A stretch of DNA of 64,000 bases, from positions 4,832,001-4,896,000 of the forward strand of contig OZ245838.1 of assembly GCA_965228735.1 (NCBI GenBank). The letters are read 5' to 3'. The notes beneath the pieces were generated by a model. That model was given only the letters and a program-made list of their open reading frames with translations. It was not told the origin of the DNA and ran no database searches. The stretch comes from Planctomycetota bacterium. Lineage in GTDB: Bacteria; Planctomycetota; UBA1135; UBA2386. Shown here in pieces: positions 1 through 8,179 of the stretch (positions are counted from its first letter, which is position 1; every line of letters starts with the position of its first letter). The translations under genes were made by a program, and so were the position numbers.

Positions 1-492
1 GGCGAACGCGCGCAGCTGTCGACCGATCGTGTCGGCGAACTCCGCCGGATCCTCGCAGCGGTAGCCGTGACGACTCGCAAACGTCCGGATCTGAGTTTCG
101 GACGGAGCGTCACCGAGGTCACGCCAACGGCGCGCGTCGCGCCGGATCGCCATCCATGTTCCCTGTCCAGACCCGGTCGTGACCGTGTCCGGGCCGACGA
201 CGAAGTCGTAGTAGCGGTGTGCGGCCGACCAGGCGGCCAGTACCACCAACACCGCGGCGAATGCCATGTGCAGACGGCCGTAGCCGCCACCGAGCGAGAT
301 CGCGTAGCCAACCATGGCTCCGATGCCACACGCGATGACGCCGAGGTGAAGGCCGGTGATCGCGGTGATCCAATACCAGGCCACGGCGCCCGCGGTCGCG
401 GCCGCTCCGCCCAGGAGCAGAGGGCGGGTGAGCGGCGCGGGTGGCAGCGAGATGCCCATCCCCCGAAGGTCGTTGGCTTCGAACTCGCTCAT
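1..492 (-). CDS. Hypothetical multi-pass membrane protein (3' end outside window)
   Basis: Manual translation from ATG 492: MSEFEANDLRGMGISLPPAPLTRPLLLGGAAATAGAVAWYWITAITGLHLGVIACGIGAMVGYAISLGGG...; three hydrophobic segments, frame open to window edge (absent from ORF track). Confidence 0.6.
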   Translation of the reverse strand, partial: MSEFEANDLRGMGISLPPAPLTRPLLLGGAAATAGAVAWYWITAITGLHLGVIACGIGAMVGYAISLGGGYGRLHMAFAAVLVVLAAWSAAHRYYDFVVGPDTVTTGSGQGTWMAIRRDARRWRDLGDAPSETQIRTFASRHGYRCEDPAEFADTIGRQLRAFA

Positions 493-748
493 GGCGGCGG
501 GATTCTAGCGGGGTGCGATCGAGGTCGGTGGAGATCCGCGCGGTTCCCGGTGCAGTGGAAACCACAGACGGGCCAGCGTGTGCGTACCGACGCGCGTGGG
601 TGTTGCATCGTCGCGTTCGCGATCCGTGACTGTTCCGCGAGGTTCACCAAACCCGTAACGGGGATGGCTCGCGGGTCCGGAGGTCGGTTCGACCCCGGAG
701 CGTTGTGCTACCGTGCGCGCCCTCCTTTGACCTGACAACGCTCTGCCG

Positions 749-3376
749 ATGCTTCGCTGGAACCCGCTCGTTCGCCCCGTCGCCCTGCTCGCTCTGACCA
801 TGCCAGCGCTCGCCCAGCAGGGTGAGGGCGCCGGCAAGGACACCGATGCCGCGAAGGCCGAGAAGGCCGTCGAATTCACGCTCGAGAACATCTTTCCCGA
901 CCGGAAGAAGCCGTTGTTCGGTCCCGGGGCCAGGGGCGCGGCGTTCTCGCACGACGGCGCTCATGCCGCCTATCTGTATCGCGGTTACGACGAGCGCCGC
1001 CACGGTAGCGACTTGTGGCTGGTCGACGTCGCGACGGGGGAGCAACGTCGGTTGACGAGCGCTCTGACGTTGTCCGAGTTCCAGGCGTCGGCGCGCAAGG
1101 TCGTCGACGATCGTGTTCGGAAGGCCAAGGCGGCCCAAGAGAAGTCGGAGCAGAAGAAGTCGGAGAAGCAGAGCTCCGAGAAGAAGGCGACGAGCGAAGG
1201 GAAGTCGGAGGAGGAGAAGTCCGACACGAAGGCGAAGGACGGCGAGGCGAAGAAGGGCGGCAACGACAAGGACGACGCCGCGCGGCGGGATGCCGATCGC
1301 AAGAAGTTCGGCAACGTGGTCGACGAGAAGGACGCCACCGCGGAGAAGGCGCCGCGCTACGGCGGCGTCAGTTCGTTCGAGTGGTCGCCGAACGCCGACG
1401 AACTGCTGTTCACCGCGGGCGGCGACATCTACCGCTTCGCCGTCGGCACGGATGGGCCCGAGCGTCTGACGCAGACCAAGGCGAGCGAGCGTGACGTGCA
1501 GTATCTGCCGGACGGCAGCGGCTACACCTACCTGCTCGACGGTGCGCTGATGCAGGTGCGCTTCGGCAGTCACCTGATCGTGCAGCTCGATCCGAAACTG
1601 CCGCCTGGCGAGTCGATGTCGTCGTACCGGATCAGTCCCGACGGCAAGAAGCTGGTGTTCATGGCCGGCAAGGGGTCGTCATGGCGCGGCGGCAGCCGGC
1701 GGGTCAACATCGCGCGCTACCGCGAGCGGTTCATGGAGGTGCGCGAGGTGTCGCGCACGGTCTCGGACGACAAGCTGCCCGAGCGCGAGACGTTCGTCTA
1801 TCTGCACAAGCTCGAGGACGGACTGTTCGAGCGCAACAAGCCGATGCGCGTGTGGACGCACAAGCACACGGGACCGCGCGACATCCTGCGCGTGCCGGAG
1901 TGGGCGCCCGACAGCAGTCGCGTGACGTTCGCGACGTTCGAGCAGAAGAGCTCGCAGGTCATGCTGCTGCAGGCGCTCGTCGAACCGGCCAAGTTGGCTG
2001 ACAAGCAGACCGCGAAGAGTGGCAAGGGCGACAAGAGCAGCGAGAAGGCCAAGGGCGACCAGGCGGATCAGCCGTTCGTCGAGGCCGAGGCGGACGTCGT
2101 CTATCGCTTTCTGCACGACGGCGGTCCCAACACCCCGGGCATGATGCAGCCGCGCTACGGCGCGGACAGTCGCCACATCGTGTTCTTGTCCGAGCAGACG
2201 GGCTTCCGGCACGTGCACTTGCTGGACCCGCTCTATCAGAGTCAGCGGCCGCTGACGCACGGCCGCTTCGAGGTCTATCCGTTCGGCATCGACGAGCAGC
2301 ACCGCCGCCTGCACGTGCTGGCGACCAAGGAGCACCCGACGCGCCAGGACGTCTACACGTTGGACCTCGAGAGCGGTGAGCTGGCCCGGGTCAACAGCGC
2401 GCCCGGGGTCTACTCCAGCGCCGCGATCAGCCCCGACGGCAGCACGGCGCTCGCGACCCACAGCACCTACGGTTCGCAACGCGAGCTCGTGCTCGTCCGG
2501 CAGGGTGGTCGCCACGAGGTGCTGACCGATTCTCATCCGAAGCGCACGGCGAAGCTGACCGAGAGGGCACCCGAGTTCTTCGCTTTCGAGAACCGGCACG
2601 GCCACGAGATCCACGGCTACGTGTTCAAGCCCGACGACTGGACCGACAAAGACAAGCGGCCGCTGCTGCTCTACGTCTACGGCGGTCCGCTCGGCACGCG
2701 CAAGCAGGTCGTCGACGGCAGCTACCAGAGTGCTGGCTACTTCTTCGCCCAGTACATGGCGCGCAAGCACGGCTGGGTGACCTGCACGATCGATCCGCGC
2801 GGCATGTCCGGCTACGGCGGCGTGTTCGAGAAGGCCAACTTCGAGCAGGTCGGCAAGCCGCAGGTCGAGGACCTGACCGACGGCGTCAAGCACATGATCG
2901 CCGAGTACGGCGTCGACCCGAAGAAGGTCGCGATGCACGGCTGGAGCTTCGGCGGCTTCCAGACGCAGATGTGCATGTATTCGGAGCCCGACGTGTTCCA
3001 GGTCGGCATCGCCGGCGCCGGGCCGACGGAATGGGAGAACTACAACGCCTGGTACTCGACCGGCACGATCGGCAATAGCCGCGAGGGCAAGACCGACCTC
3101 GGCAAGTACTCCCTGCTGCCGCTCGCCAAGAACCTGAAGGGCAAACTGCTCCTCGTGCACGGCATGGAGGACAGCAACGTGCTCTACCAGGACACGGTGC
3201 GGGTGTACCGCGAACTGCTCAAAGCGGACAAGGAAACGCTCGTCGAGCTCTTCCTCGATCCGACCGGCGGCCACGGCCTCGGCGGCGACGTGACGACGTT
3301 GCGGCGGTATCGCAAGTACGAGGAGTTCCTCGTGCGCAACCTGGGCAGCGGGTCGCCGAAGAAGTCGACCGATTAG
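749..3376 (+). CDS. Secreted S9B family dipeptidyl-peptidase IV-like serine peptidase
   Basis: Signal peptide, beta-propeller repeats, YVYGGP, GWSFGG nucleophile elbow, HGMEDSNV (Asp), GGHG (His); Lys/Glu-rich low-complexity inserts. Confidence 0.92.
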   Translation: MLRWNPLVRPVALLALTMPALAQQGEGAGKDTDAAKAEKAVEFTLENIFPDRKKPLFGPGARGAAFSHDGAHAAYLYRGYDERRHGSDLWLVDVATGEQRRLTSALTLSEFQASARKVVDDRVRKAKAAQEKSEQKKSEKQSSEKKATSEGKSEEEKSDTKAKDGEAKKGGNDKDDAARRDADRKKFGNVVDEKDATAEKAPRYGGVSSFEWSPNADELLFTAGGDIYRFAVGTDGPERLTQTKASERDVQYLPDGSGYTYLLDGALMQVRFGSHLIVQLDPKLPPGESMSSYRISPDGKKLVFMAGKGSSWRGGSRRVNIARYRERFMEVREVSRTVSDDKLPERETFVYLHKLEDGLFERNKPMRVWTHKHTGPRDILRVPEWAPDSSRVTFATFEQKSSQVMLLQALVEPAKLADKQTAKSGKGDKSSEKAKGDQADQPFVEAEADVVYRFLHDGGPNTPGMMQPRYGADSRHIVFLSEQTGFRHVHLLDPLYQSQRPLTHGRFEVYPFGIDEQHRRLHVLATKEHPTRQDVYTLDLESGELARVNSAPGVYSSAAISPDGSTALATHSTYGSQRELVLVRQGGRHEVLTDSHPKRTAKLTERAPEFFAFENRHGHEIHGYVFKPDDWTDKDKRPLLLYVYGGPLGTRKQVVDGSYQSAGYFFAQYMARKHGWVTCTIDPRGMSGYGGVFEKANFEQVGKPQVEDLTDGVKHMIAEYGVDPKKVAMHGWSFGGFQTQMCMYSEPDVFQVGIAGAGPTEWENYNAWYSTGTIGNSREGKTDLGKYSLLPLAKNLKGKLLLVHGMEDSNVLYQDTVRVYRELLKADKETLVELFLDPTGGHGLGGDVTTLRRYRKYEEFLVRNLGSGSPKKSTD

Positions 3377-3438
3377 CGGGCCGGATCGGCGCCGCACTGG
3401 CCCGGTTCGGATCGTGGGGTTCCAATCCGATGAATCGG

Positions 3439-3464
3439 TGAACCTCGCACCGAGCGCGGACGAC
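3439..3464 (+). promoter_or_regulatory. Putative ECF-type autoregulatory promoter
   Basis: TGAACC-N16-CGAC ending 10 nt before the ATG of the ECF sigma gene; matches the generic ECF AAC...CG pattern. Confidence 0.4.
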
Positions 3465-3474
3465 CAGTGATCAG

Positions 3475-4020
3475 ATGCACGATCTCGGCGCACGACTCGA
3501 ACTCGCGGTGCTGCGGGCGCAGGGCGGCGAGGCCGACGCCTTCGCGGCGCTGGTCCGCGACTGCCACGGCGTGCTGCTGCGGCATGCGCGGCGCTACCTG
3601 AGTGACCCGGGATTGGCCGCCGACGCGGTTCAGGACGCCTGGGTCGCGATCGTGAAGACCCTGCGGAGGCTCGATGATCCGGCGCGCTTTCTCGCCTGGG
3701 CGTTGCGCATCACCGCGCGGCGCGCGATCGATGTCGCGCGGCGCCGCGGCCGCACGGTCGGCGTGACGGTCACGGGCGATATTGACGGAGTCGTGGCTTC
3801 GCCTACCGCCGCCGGCGACGACACCGAACGGCTGCGGGCTGCGGTCGCGCAGCTCGACTTCGACCATCGGGTCGTCGTGGAGCTGTTCTACCTCGAAGAG
3901 CTGTCGCTGCACGCCGTCGCGGAGGCGACCGGCCTGCCGGCCGGCACCGTCAAGTCGCGGCTGCATCACGCGCGCAACCGGCTGCGCGCGACCCTGATGG
4001 AAACTGATGACAAGGAGTGA
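3475..4020 (+). CDS. ECF RNA polymerase sigma-70 factor
   Basis: Region 2 (AADAVQDAWV...FLAWALRI) and region 4 (VAEATGLPAGTVKSRLHHAR). Confidence 0.92.
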   Translation: MHDLGARLELAVLRAQGGEADAFAALVRDCHGVLLRHARRYLSDPGLAADAVQDAWVAIVKTLRRLDDPARFLAWALRITARRAIDVARRRGRTVGVTVTGDIDGVVASPTAAGDDTERLRAAVAQLDFDHRVVVELFYLEELSLHAVAEATGLPAGTVKSRLHHARNRLRATLMETDDKE

Positions 4021-4023
4021 ACG

Positions 4024-4392
4024 ATGGACCAGTTCGATGACAAGTTGAAGCAGGCGCTGCGCTCCGGGCAGCGCGTCGAGATCGGTGGTGACGAGATCGG
4101 CTCGGTGCGCGGGCTCGTGACCGAGATCTTTCGGTTCCGCAGCAAGATGATCATGGTCGGCGGCATCGCCAAGATCATCGCGTTCTGGGCGATCGCGCTC
4201 GGCGGGTTCGTGATGACGTTCCTGGCCGAGACCGAACGCGGCATGTTCCTGTGGGCGTTCGTCAGCCTGTTCGCGCTGGTCGGGCTCGGCATCCTGTGGC
4301 AGTTCCACTGGGCGCTGCTCAACCGCAACGCGGTGTTGCGCGAGCTCAAGCGCCTCGAGATCGAGGTGAGGCGCGGCGACCGACCGACGTAG
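4024..4392 (+). CDS. Small two-TM membrane protein, probable anti-sigma partner (DUF6768-like)
   Basis: 3 nt after the ECF stop with AAGGAG RBS; two TM helices then NRNAVLRELKRLE. Confidence 0.6.
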   Translation: MDQFDDKLKQALRSGQRVEIGGDEIGSVRGLVTEIFRFRSKMIMVGGIAKIIAFWAIALGGFVMTFLAETERGMFLWAFVSLFALVGLGILWQFHWALLNRNAVLRELKRLEIEVRRGDRPT

Positions 4393-4679
4393 GGGCAACG
4401 GCGACGCTGCCTGCTTTGATGCCGTAGACTGGTGCAACGCCGGGAGTCGCCAGTCGTGCTCTGCTCGTCACGCTCGTCGCCTGCCTGGCCTCCGCGCTCG
4501 CGTGCGCGCAGGAAGGTCGCGGAGTCGTTCTTCGGGATGGCTGTGGACGACGCGGAGCGCACGATCGATCAGGCGCCATCTCACCGTCGTGCAGTGGTGG
4601 CTCCCTGCGATCTTCCGGTTCTTCGACGAGCAGGCGAGGTAGTCGCCGGCCTCGCGAAGGCGAGTCGGGGCCGTTCCGG

Positions 4680-5711
4680 TCAGGTCCGTTCGAGCGTCTT
4701 CCGCACGCGGGGTCGGTCCTCGTACCACTCGGCGATCGACGGTTCGACCTCGCGACCCTCGGTGGCCACCCAGCGCAGGAAGGTCGGGGGGGCGTCGTCG
4801 CGCAGCGTCGGCAGCATCACCCCCGGGTTCGGGAAGCGCTTCTGCAGGTTCTGGTCGCGCTGCCAGAGCACCATGGCCGGTGGGGGCAGCGCGCTGTCGT
4901 TCCCGTTGGGTTGTTTGAGACCGAAGTAGCACGTGCCGGCGGCGATGCGGAGGGCGTCCTCCTGAGTGAAGCACTCGTCGAGCGCGGCGCCGTCGAACTG
5001 TCCGAGCGCCATGATCGCTTCGAGGAACTTGCGGTCGTGGTCGGTCTTCGGTTTGCAGCGTCGCAGCCAGTTCTCGAGGATGACCTTGAGGCCGTGTGAC
5101 GGCATGAGCCACGGCGGCACTTCGACCGTGATGGTCGAGAAGGCGGAGAACAGCAGCTTCATCCCCTCGGCCGAGGAGTGGAAGTAGCTCGCCGGAAAGC
5201 CGTGGAACGGGAACACGAACGAGCAGTCCGCGACCACCTGGCCGCCGGGCTTCAACACGCGCCAGATCTCGCGCGCCGCGGTGTGGGGGTCGGATAGATG
5301 TTCGAACACCGCGCCGGCCAGCACCATGTCGACGGATTCATCGGCGAACGGCAAGAACTGCGCGTCGCCGACCACGTCCACGCGTGGCGTGAAGCGCAGG
5401 TCCGTCAGCACGACCCGCGGATCGTTGGACTCGCGTTCGCCGGAGCCGATGTCGAGCAGGATCTGATCCGAGCCCCAGGCCTCGAGCATCTGGGTGATCG
5501 ACTCGGGATACGCCGAACGGACCTCCAGCTCGCGCTCGTGAACGATCTCGAGATCACGCTCGTGCTTCGGCAGCAGGAACGGCACGTCATCATGCACCGG
5601 GTGATCGAACGCGCAGGTCGCGCAGTGCATCCCGGCCTCGCCGCGTCGCAGGGTTCCGCGGCAGTCGGGGCACGCGAGCAGATCGACCAGGAGAATCTCG
5701 GAGGCTGACAC
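4680..5711 (-). CDS. Class I SAM-dependent methyltransferase with N-terminal Trm112-like Zn-ribbon
   Basis: LACPDC...CATC...DDVPFL N-terminus; LLDIGSG motif I, GDAQFLPF, VFEHL, RVLKPGG. Confidence 0.8.
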   Translation of the reverse strand: MSASEILLVDLLACPDCRGTLRRGEAGMHCATCAFDHPVHDDVPFLLPKHERDLEIVHERELEVRSAYPESITQMLEAWGSDQILLDIGSGERESNDPRVVLTDLRFTPRVDVVGDAQFLPFADESVDMVLAGAVFEHLSDPHTAAREIWRVLKPGGQVVADCSFVFPFHGFPASYFHSSAEGMKLLFSAFSTITVEVPPWLMPSHGLKVILENWLRRCKPKTDHDRKFLEAIMALGQFDGAALDECFTQEDALRIAAGTCYFGLKQPNGNDSALPPPAMVLWQRDQNLQKRFPNPGVMLPTLRDDAPPTFLRWVATEGREVEPSIAEWYEDRPRVRKTLERT

Positions 5712-5840
5712 GGCGCGCCGAGTCTAGGCCCACTCGAGCATGGACGGAACGGGCGATCGGTCGGACCCGCGGCGGTCGTTCAGCGCCGCGACGACGGCAG
5801 CGGCCAGGGCAACACGGCGCGGCCGCGCTAGCTTCTATGC

Positions 5841-6395
5841 ATGAGCAACGAGAGAGCTGCCTGGATCGAGACGATCGACGAAGGATCGGCCCGGGGTGAA
5901 CTTGCCGCGCTGTATGCGAGGTGCCTCGACCCTGGCGCCGACAAGGTCGACCACGTGCTCAAGGTGCATTCCCTGCACCCCGAAGGTCTCGCGGCGCACC
6001 TCGCGGTCTACCGCGCGTCGATGCAGAGCACGAAGGGGCTGCGGAAGGTCGATCGCGAGATGGTGGCGGTCGTCGTTTCCAAGCTCAACGGCTGCCACTA
6101 CTGACTCACCCACCATCGGCGCGGTCTGCGCCGGTTGCTCGGGGACGATGACCTGGCCGTTCGGATCGAAGCAGATTTCGAGGACGCCGGCCTCGATGCG
6201 CGGCGGCTCGCGATGCTGCGCTACGCGGTCAAGCTGACGGTCAGCCCCAGGGCGATGCAGCGCCGCGATGTCGACCGGCTGCGGGCCGTCGGGTTCACCG
6301 ACCGCGACGTGCTGGAGCTCTGCGAAGTCGTCGCGTATTACGCGTATGCCAACCGCATCGCCGATGGGCTCGGTGTCGCGCTCGAAGAGGACTGA
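5841..6395 (+). CDS. AhpD/carboxymuconolactone decarboxylase-like peroxidase, predicted selenoprotein (UGA 6102-6104 = Sec88), 184 aa
   Basis: ORFs 5841..6104 and 6135..6395 share a frame; read-through gives REMVAVVVSKLNGCHY-U-LTHH...YANRIADGLG, the family N-x-C-x-Y-C-x-x-H-H motif with UGA at the second Cys; SECIS-like hairpin follows. Confidence 0.87.
6105..6135 (+). promoter_or_regulatory. Bacterial SECIS-like hairpin
   Basis: CGGCGC-GGTCT-GCGCCG (6117-6133), loop after an 18-nt spacer from UGA; the GGUCUGC apex resembles the E. coli fdhF SECIS. Confidence 0.75.
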
Positions 6396-6448
6396 ACCGA
6401 TGAAGAAACACCGGTCATGCGCGCGCATCAGCCGCGGGTGTCGGTGCG

Positions 6449-7846
6449 CTAGAGCGCACCGACGACGGTGTTGATGGCGTTGGTGCTCTTGATCGATGTG
6501 AGCACGGTGCCGGTGATCTCGAGCGAGATCATCTGGCCGTTGATTGGCAACGCCGACAGCGTCGGGTCGTTGGGGATCGGGAAGGAGTACGGGGCCTGGC
6601 CGCTCGTGGGAAACAGCAGCTGGACCGCGTCCGTTGTCACGAGCAAGTCGCAACCCGGGCCGGCTGCTGGATCGAACGTGCTGAGCGGAACCGATTGTGT
6701 TCCGAAGCCGAGGATCATCGCGCCGATCGATCCGGTCGCGAAACCCGAACCCGTGACGCTCCAATCGCGGCCGGTCCACGGTAGCGAGTCGGCGACGAGG
6801 CCCATCCCGCCACAGCCCGTGCCGGCCGATGTGGCCGATGCGACGACGGCGGATTGATACTCGTAGGTGTTCGTCGGCACGAGATTCCCCTGACCGCTGA
6901 CCTTGTACGTCTTGCCCAGGGCCGGAACATAGGAGAGGAAGAAGCGGCTGAAGTAGCCCAGGCCAGGACGGATCACCCAGTCGTTCGTGAGGGTGTCGAA
7001 CTCGGAGACGCCGTTGAACTGATTGGCTGGCGTGCCACCGTTGCCCGAGGGCATCACGAGGCGTTGTCGGAGTTCGTCGTACGTTGCGCTGTTGGCGACG
7101 ACGCCTTGCGGGTCGGTCGCGGTCGGGATCAGCGTCCAGTCGGTGCCGTCCCAGCTGTGCACGTCTCGGCGCCACTTGGCCGGCGCGGAGAGCGATGCGT
7201 CCTGGCCGCCGACCAGTAGCACATCGCCAACGTCAGGCCGCGTTACGAGGTGGTGCTGACGACGGGTCGACGGGATGACCGTGGGGGTCGCCTGCACCCA
7301 GGCCGCGCCCCCGAACAGCATCCAGGTGTCGTCGAGGTGGGTGCTGGAACCATCGAGGCCTCCGAACATCACGATACCGGTAGTCGCGGGGTCGTAGGCG
7401 ATCGCCGTGAAGCGGCGCGCCGGTGGACTTGCAGCCGGAGTGACGTTGGTCCACGCGTTGGTGCCCGGGTCCCATTCCCAGAGGTCCGCCAGCACGTTGC
7501 CCGCGGAGTCCTGGCCGCCGAACACGACCAGCTTGCTGCGCGACGGATCCCATGTCACACCCGCCTGATGGCGTGCCGGCGGCGAACCGGCCGCTCCATC
7601 CGCAGTCATCTGAGTCCAGGAAGCGCCGTCGAAACGCCAAAGGTCGTTCATCCGCGAACCGCCCGAGTTGCCGGACGTTCCGCCGAAGACGTACATGTGA
7701 GTGCCGTCGGTCGTGCTGGCGTTCTCGCGGCGCAGCGGTGGTTCGGTGCCGCCAGTCGTCACCTGTGACCAGTCCGGGCCGGGGGCCTGGGCTATCGCGG
7801 TGGCGGTGAGCAACGGGAGCAGGGAAGAGGGGATCGCACGTCGCAT
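6449..7846 (-). CDS. Secreted Kelch/galactose-oxidase-type beta-propeller protein with C-terminal beta-rich domain
   Basis: Signal peptide; repeats of the type PPARxxxxxxYD...VxFGG...DxWxWD. Confidence 0.85.
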   Translation of the reverse strand: MRRAIPSSLLPLLTATAIAQAPGPDWSQVTTGGTEPPLRRENASTTDGTHMYVFGGTSGNSGGSRMNDLWRFDGASWTQMTADGAAGSPPARHQAGVTWDPSRSKLVVFGGQDSAGNVLADLWEWDPGTNAWTNVTPAASPPARRFTAIAYDPATTGIVMFGGLDGSSTHLDDTWMLFGGAAWVQATPTVIPSTRRQHHLVTRPDVGDVLLVGGQDASLSAPAKWRRDVHSWDGTDWTLIPTATDPQGVVANSATYDELRQRLVMPSGNGGTPANQFNGVSEFDTLTNDWVIRPGLGYFSRFFLSYVPALGKTYKVSGQGNLVPTNTYEYQSAVVASATSAGTGCGGMGLVADSLPWTGRDWSVTGSGFATGSIGAMILGFGTQSVPLSTFDPAAGPGCDLLVTTDAVQLLFPTSGQAPYSFPIPNDPTLSALPINGQMISLEITGTVLTSIKSTNAINTVVGAL

Positions 7847-8179
7847 CGGTCGTTCGAGTGGGGTTGAGATCGTCGAGATCGGAAAGAGTCGGCAGCGGGC
7901 TATGGTCGCTGCTCAGCGGAGGAGCGGCGTGTGGGTTGTCGACCGCCGAGGGAGAGACCTGGGGCCGGGTCGACCGCTGCAAGAAATCGCGCGGTGCTGG
8001 CCGGTCGCGGGTTTGCGCTGAACCGACTCGCGGGCTGGATCGGCTGGCTGCGTGCGGCCTTACGACTTCGACTTCCGTGCGTAGTGGTCGGGGAATCGCG
8101 ACATTCTTGCAGCGCCGCACGAGTCCCAGAGTCTCTTCGATTGGCCGGCTACACTGGATCCGGTTGGACCGCAATACCG

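Noticed and set aside
676..699. GGTTCGACCC resembling a tRNA T-arm (possible tRNA-Sec)
   Set aside because: It is a simple hairpin TCCGG-A-GGTCG-GTT-CGACC-CCGGA; no acceptor stem, D arm or anticodon arm can be built
1679..3493. Long antisense or alternate-frame ORFs (this one and e.g. 17437-19170, 19118-21019, 25828-28011, 29001-31280)
   Set aside because: Shadow ORFs of high-GC coding genes; Arg/Ala-rich and without family motifs
4018..4026. ECF TGA in frame with the next gene's ATG
   Set aside because: A clear AAGGAG RBS serves the downstream gene; ordinary sigma/anti-sigma coupling with no redox motif
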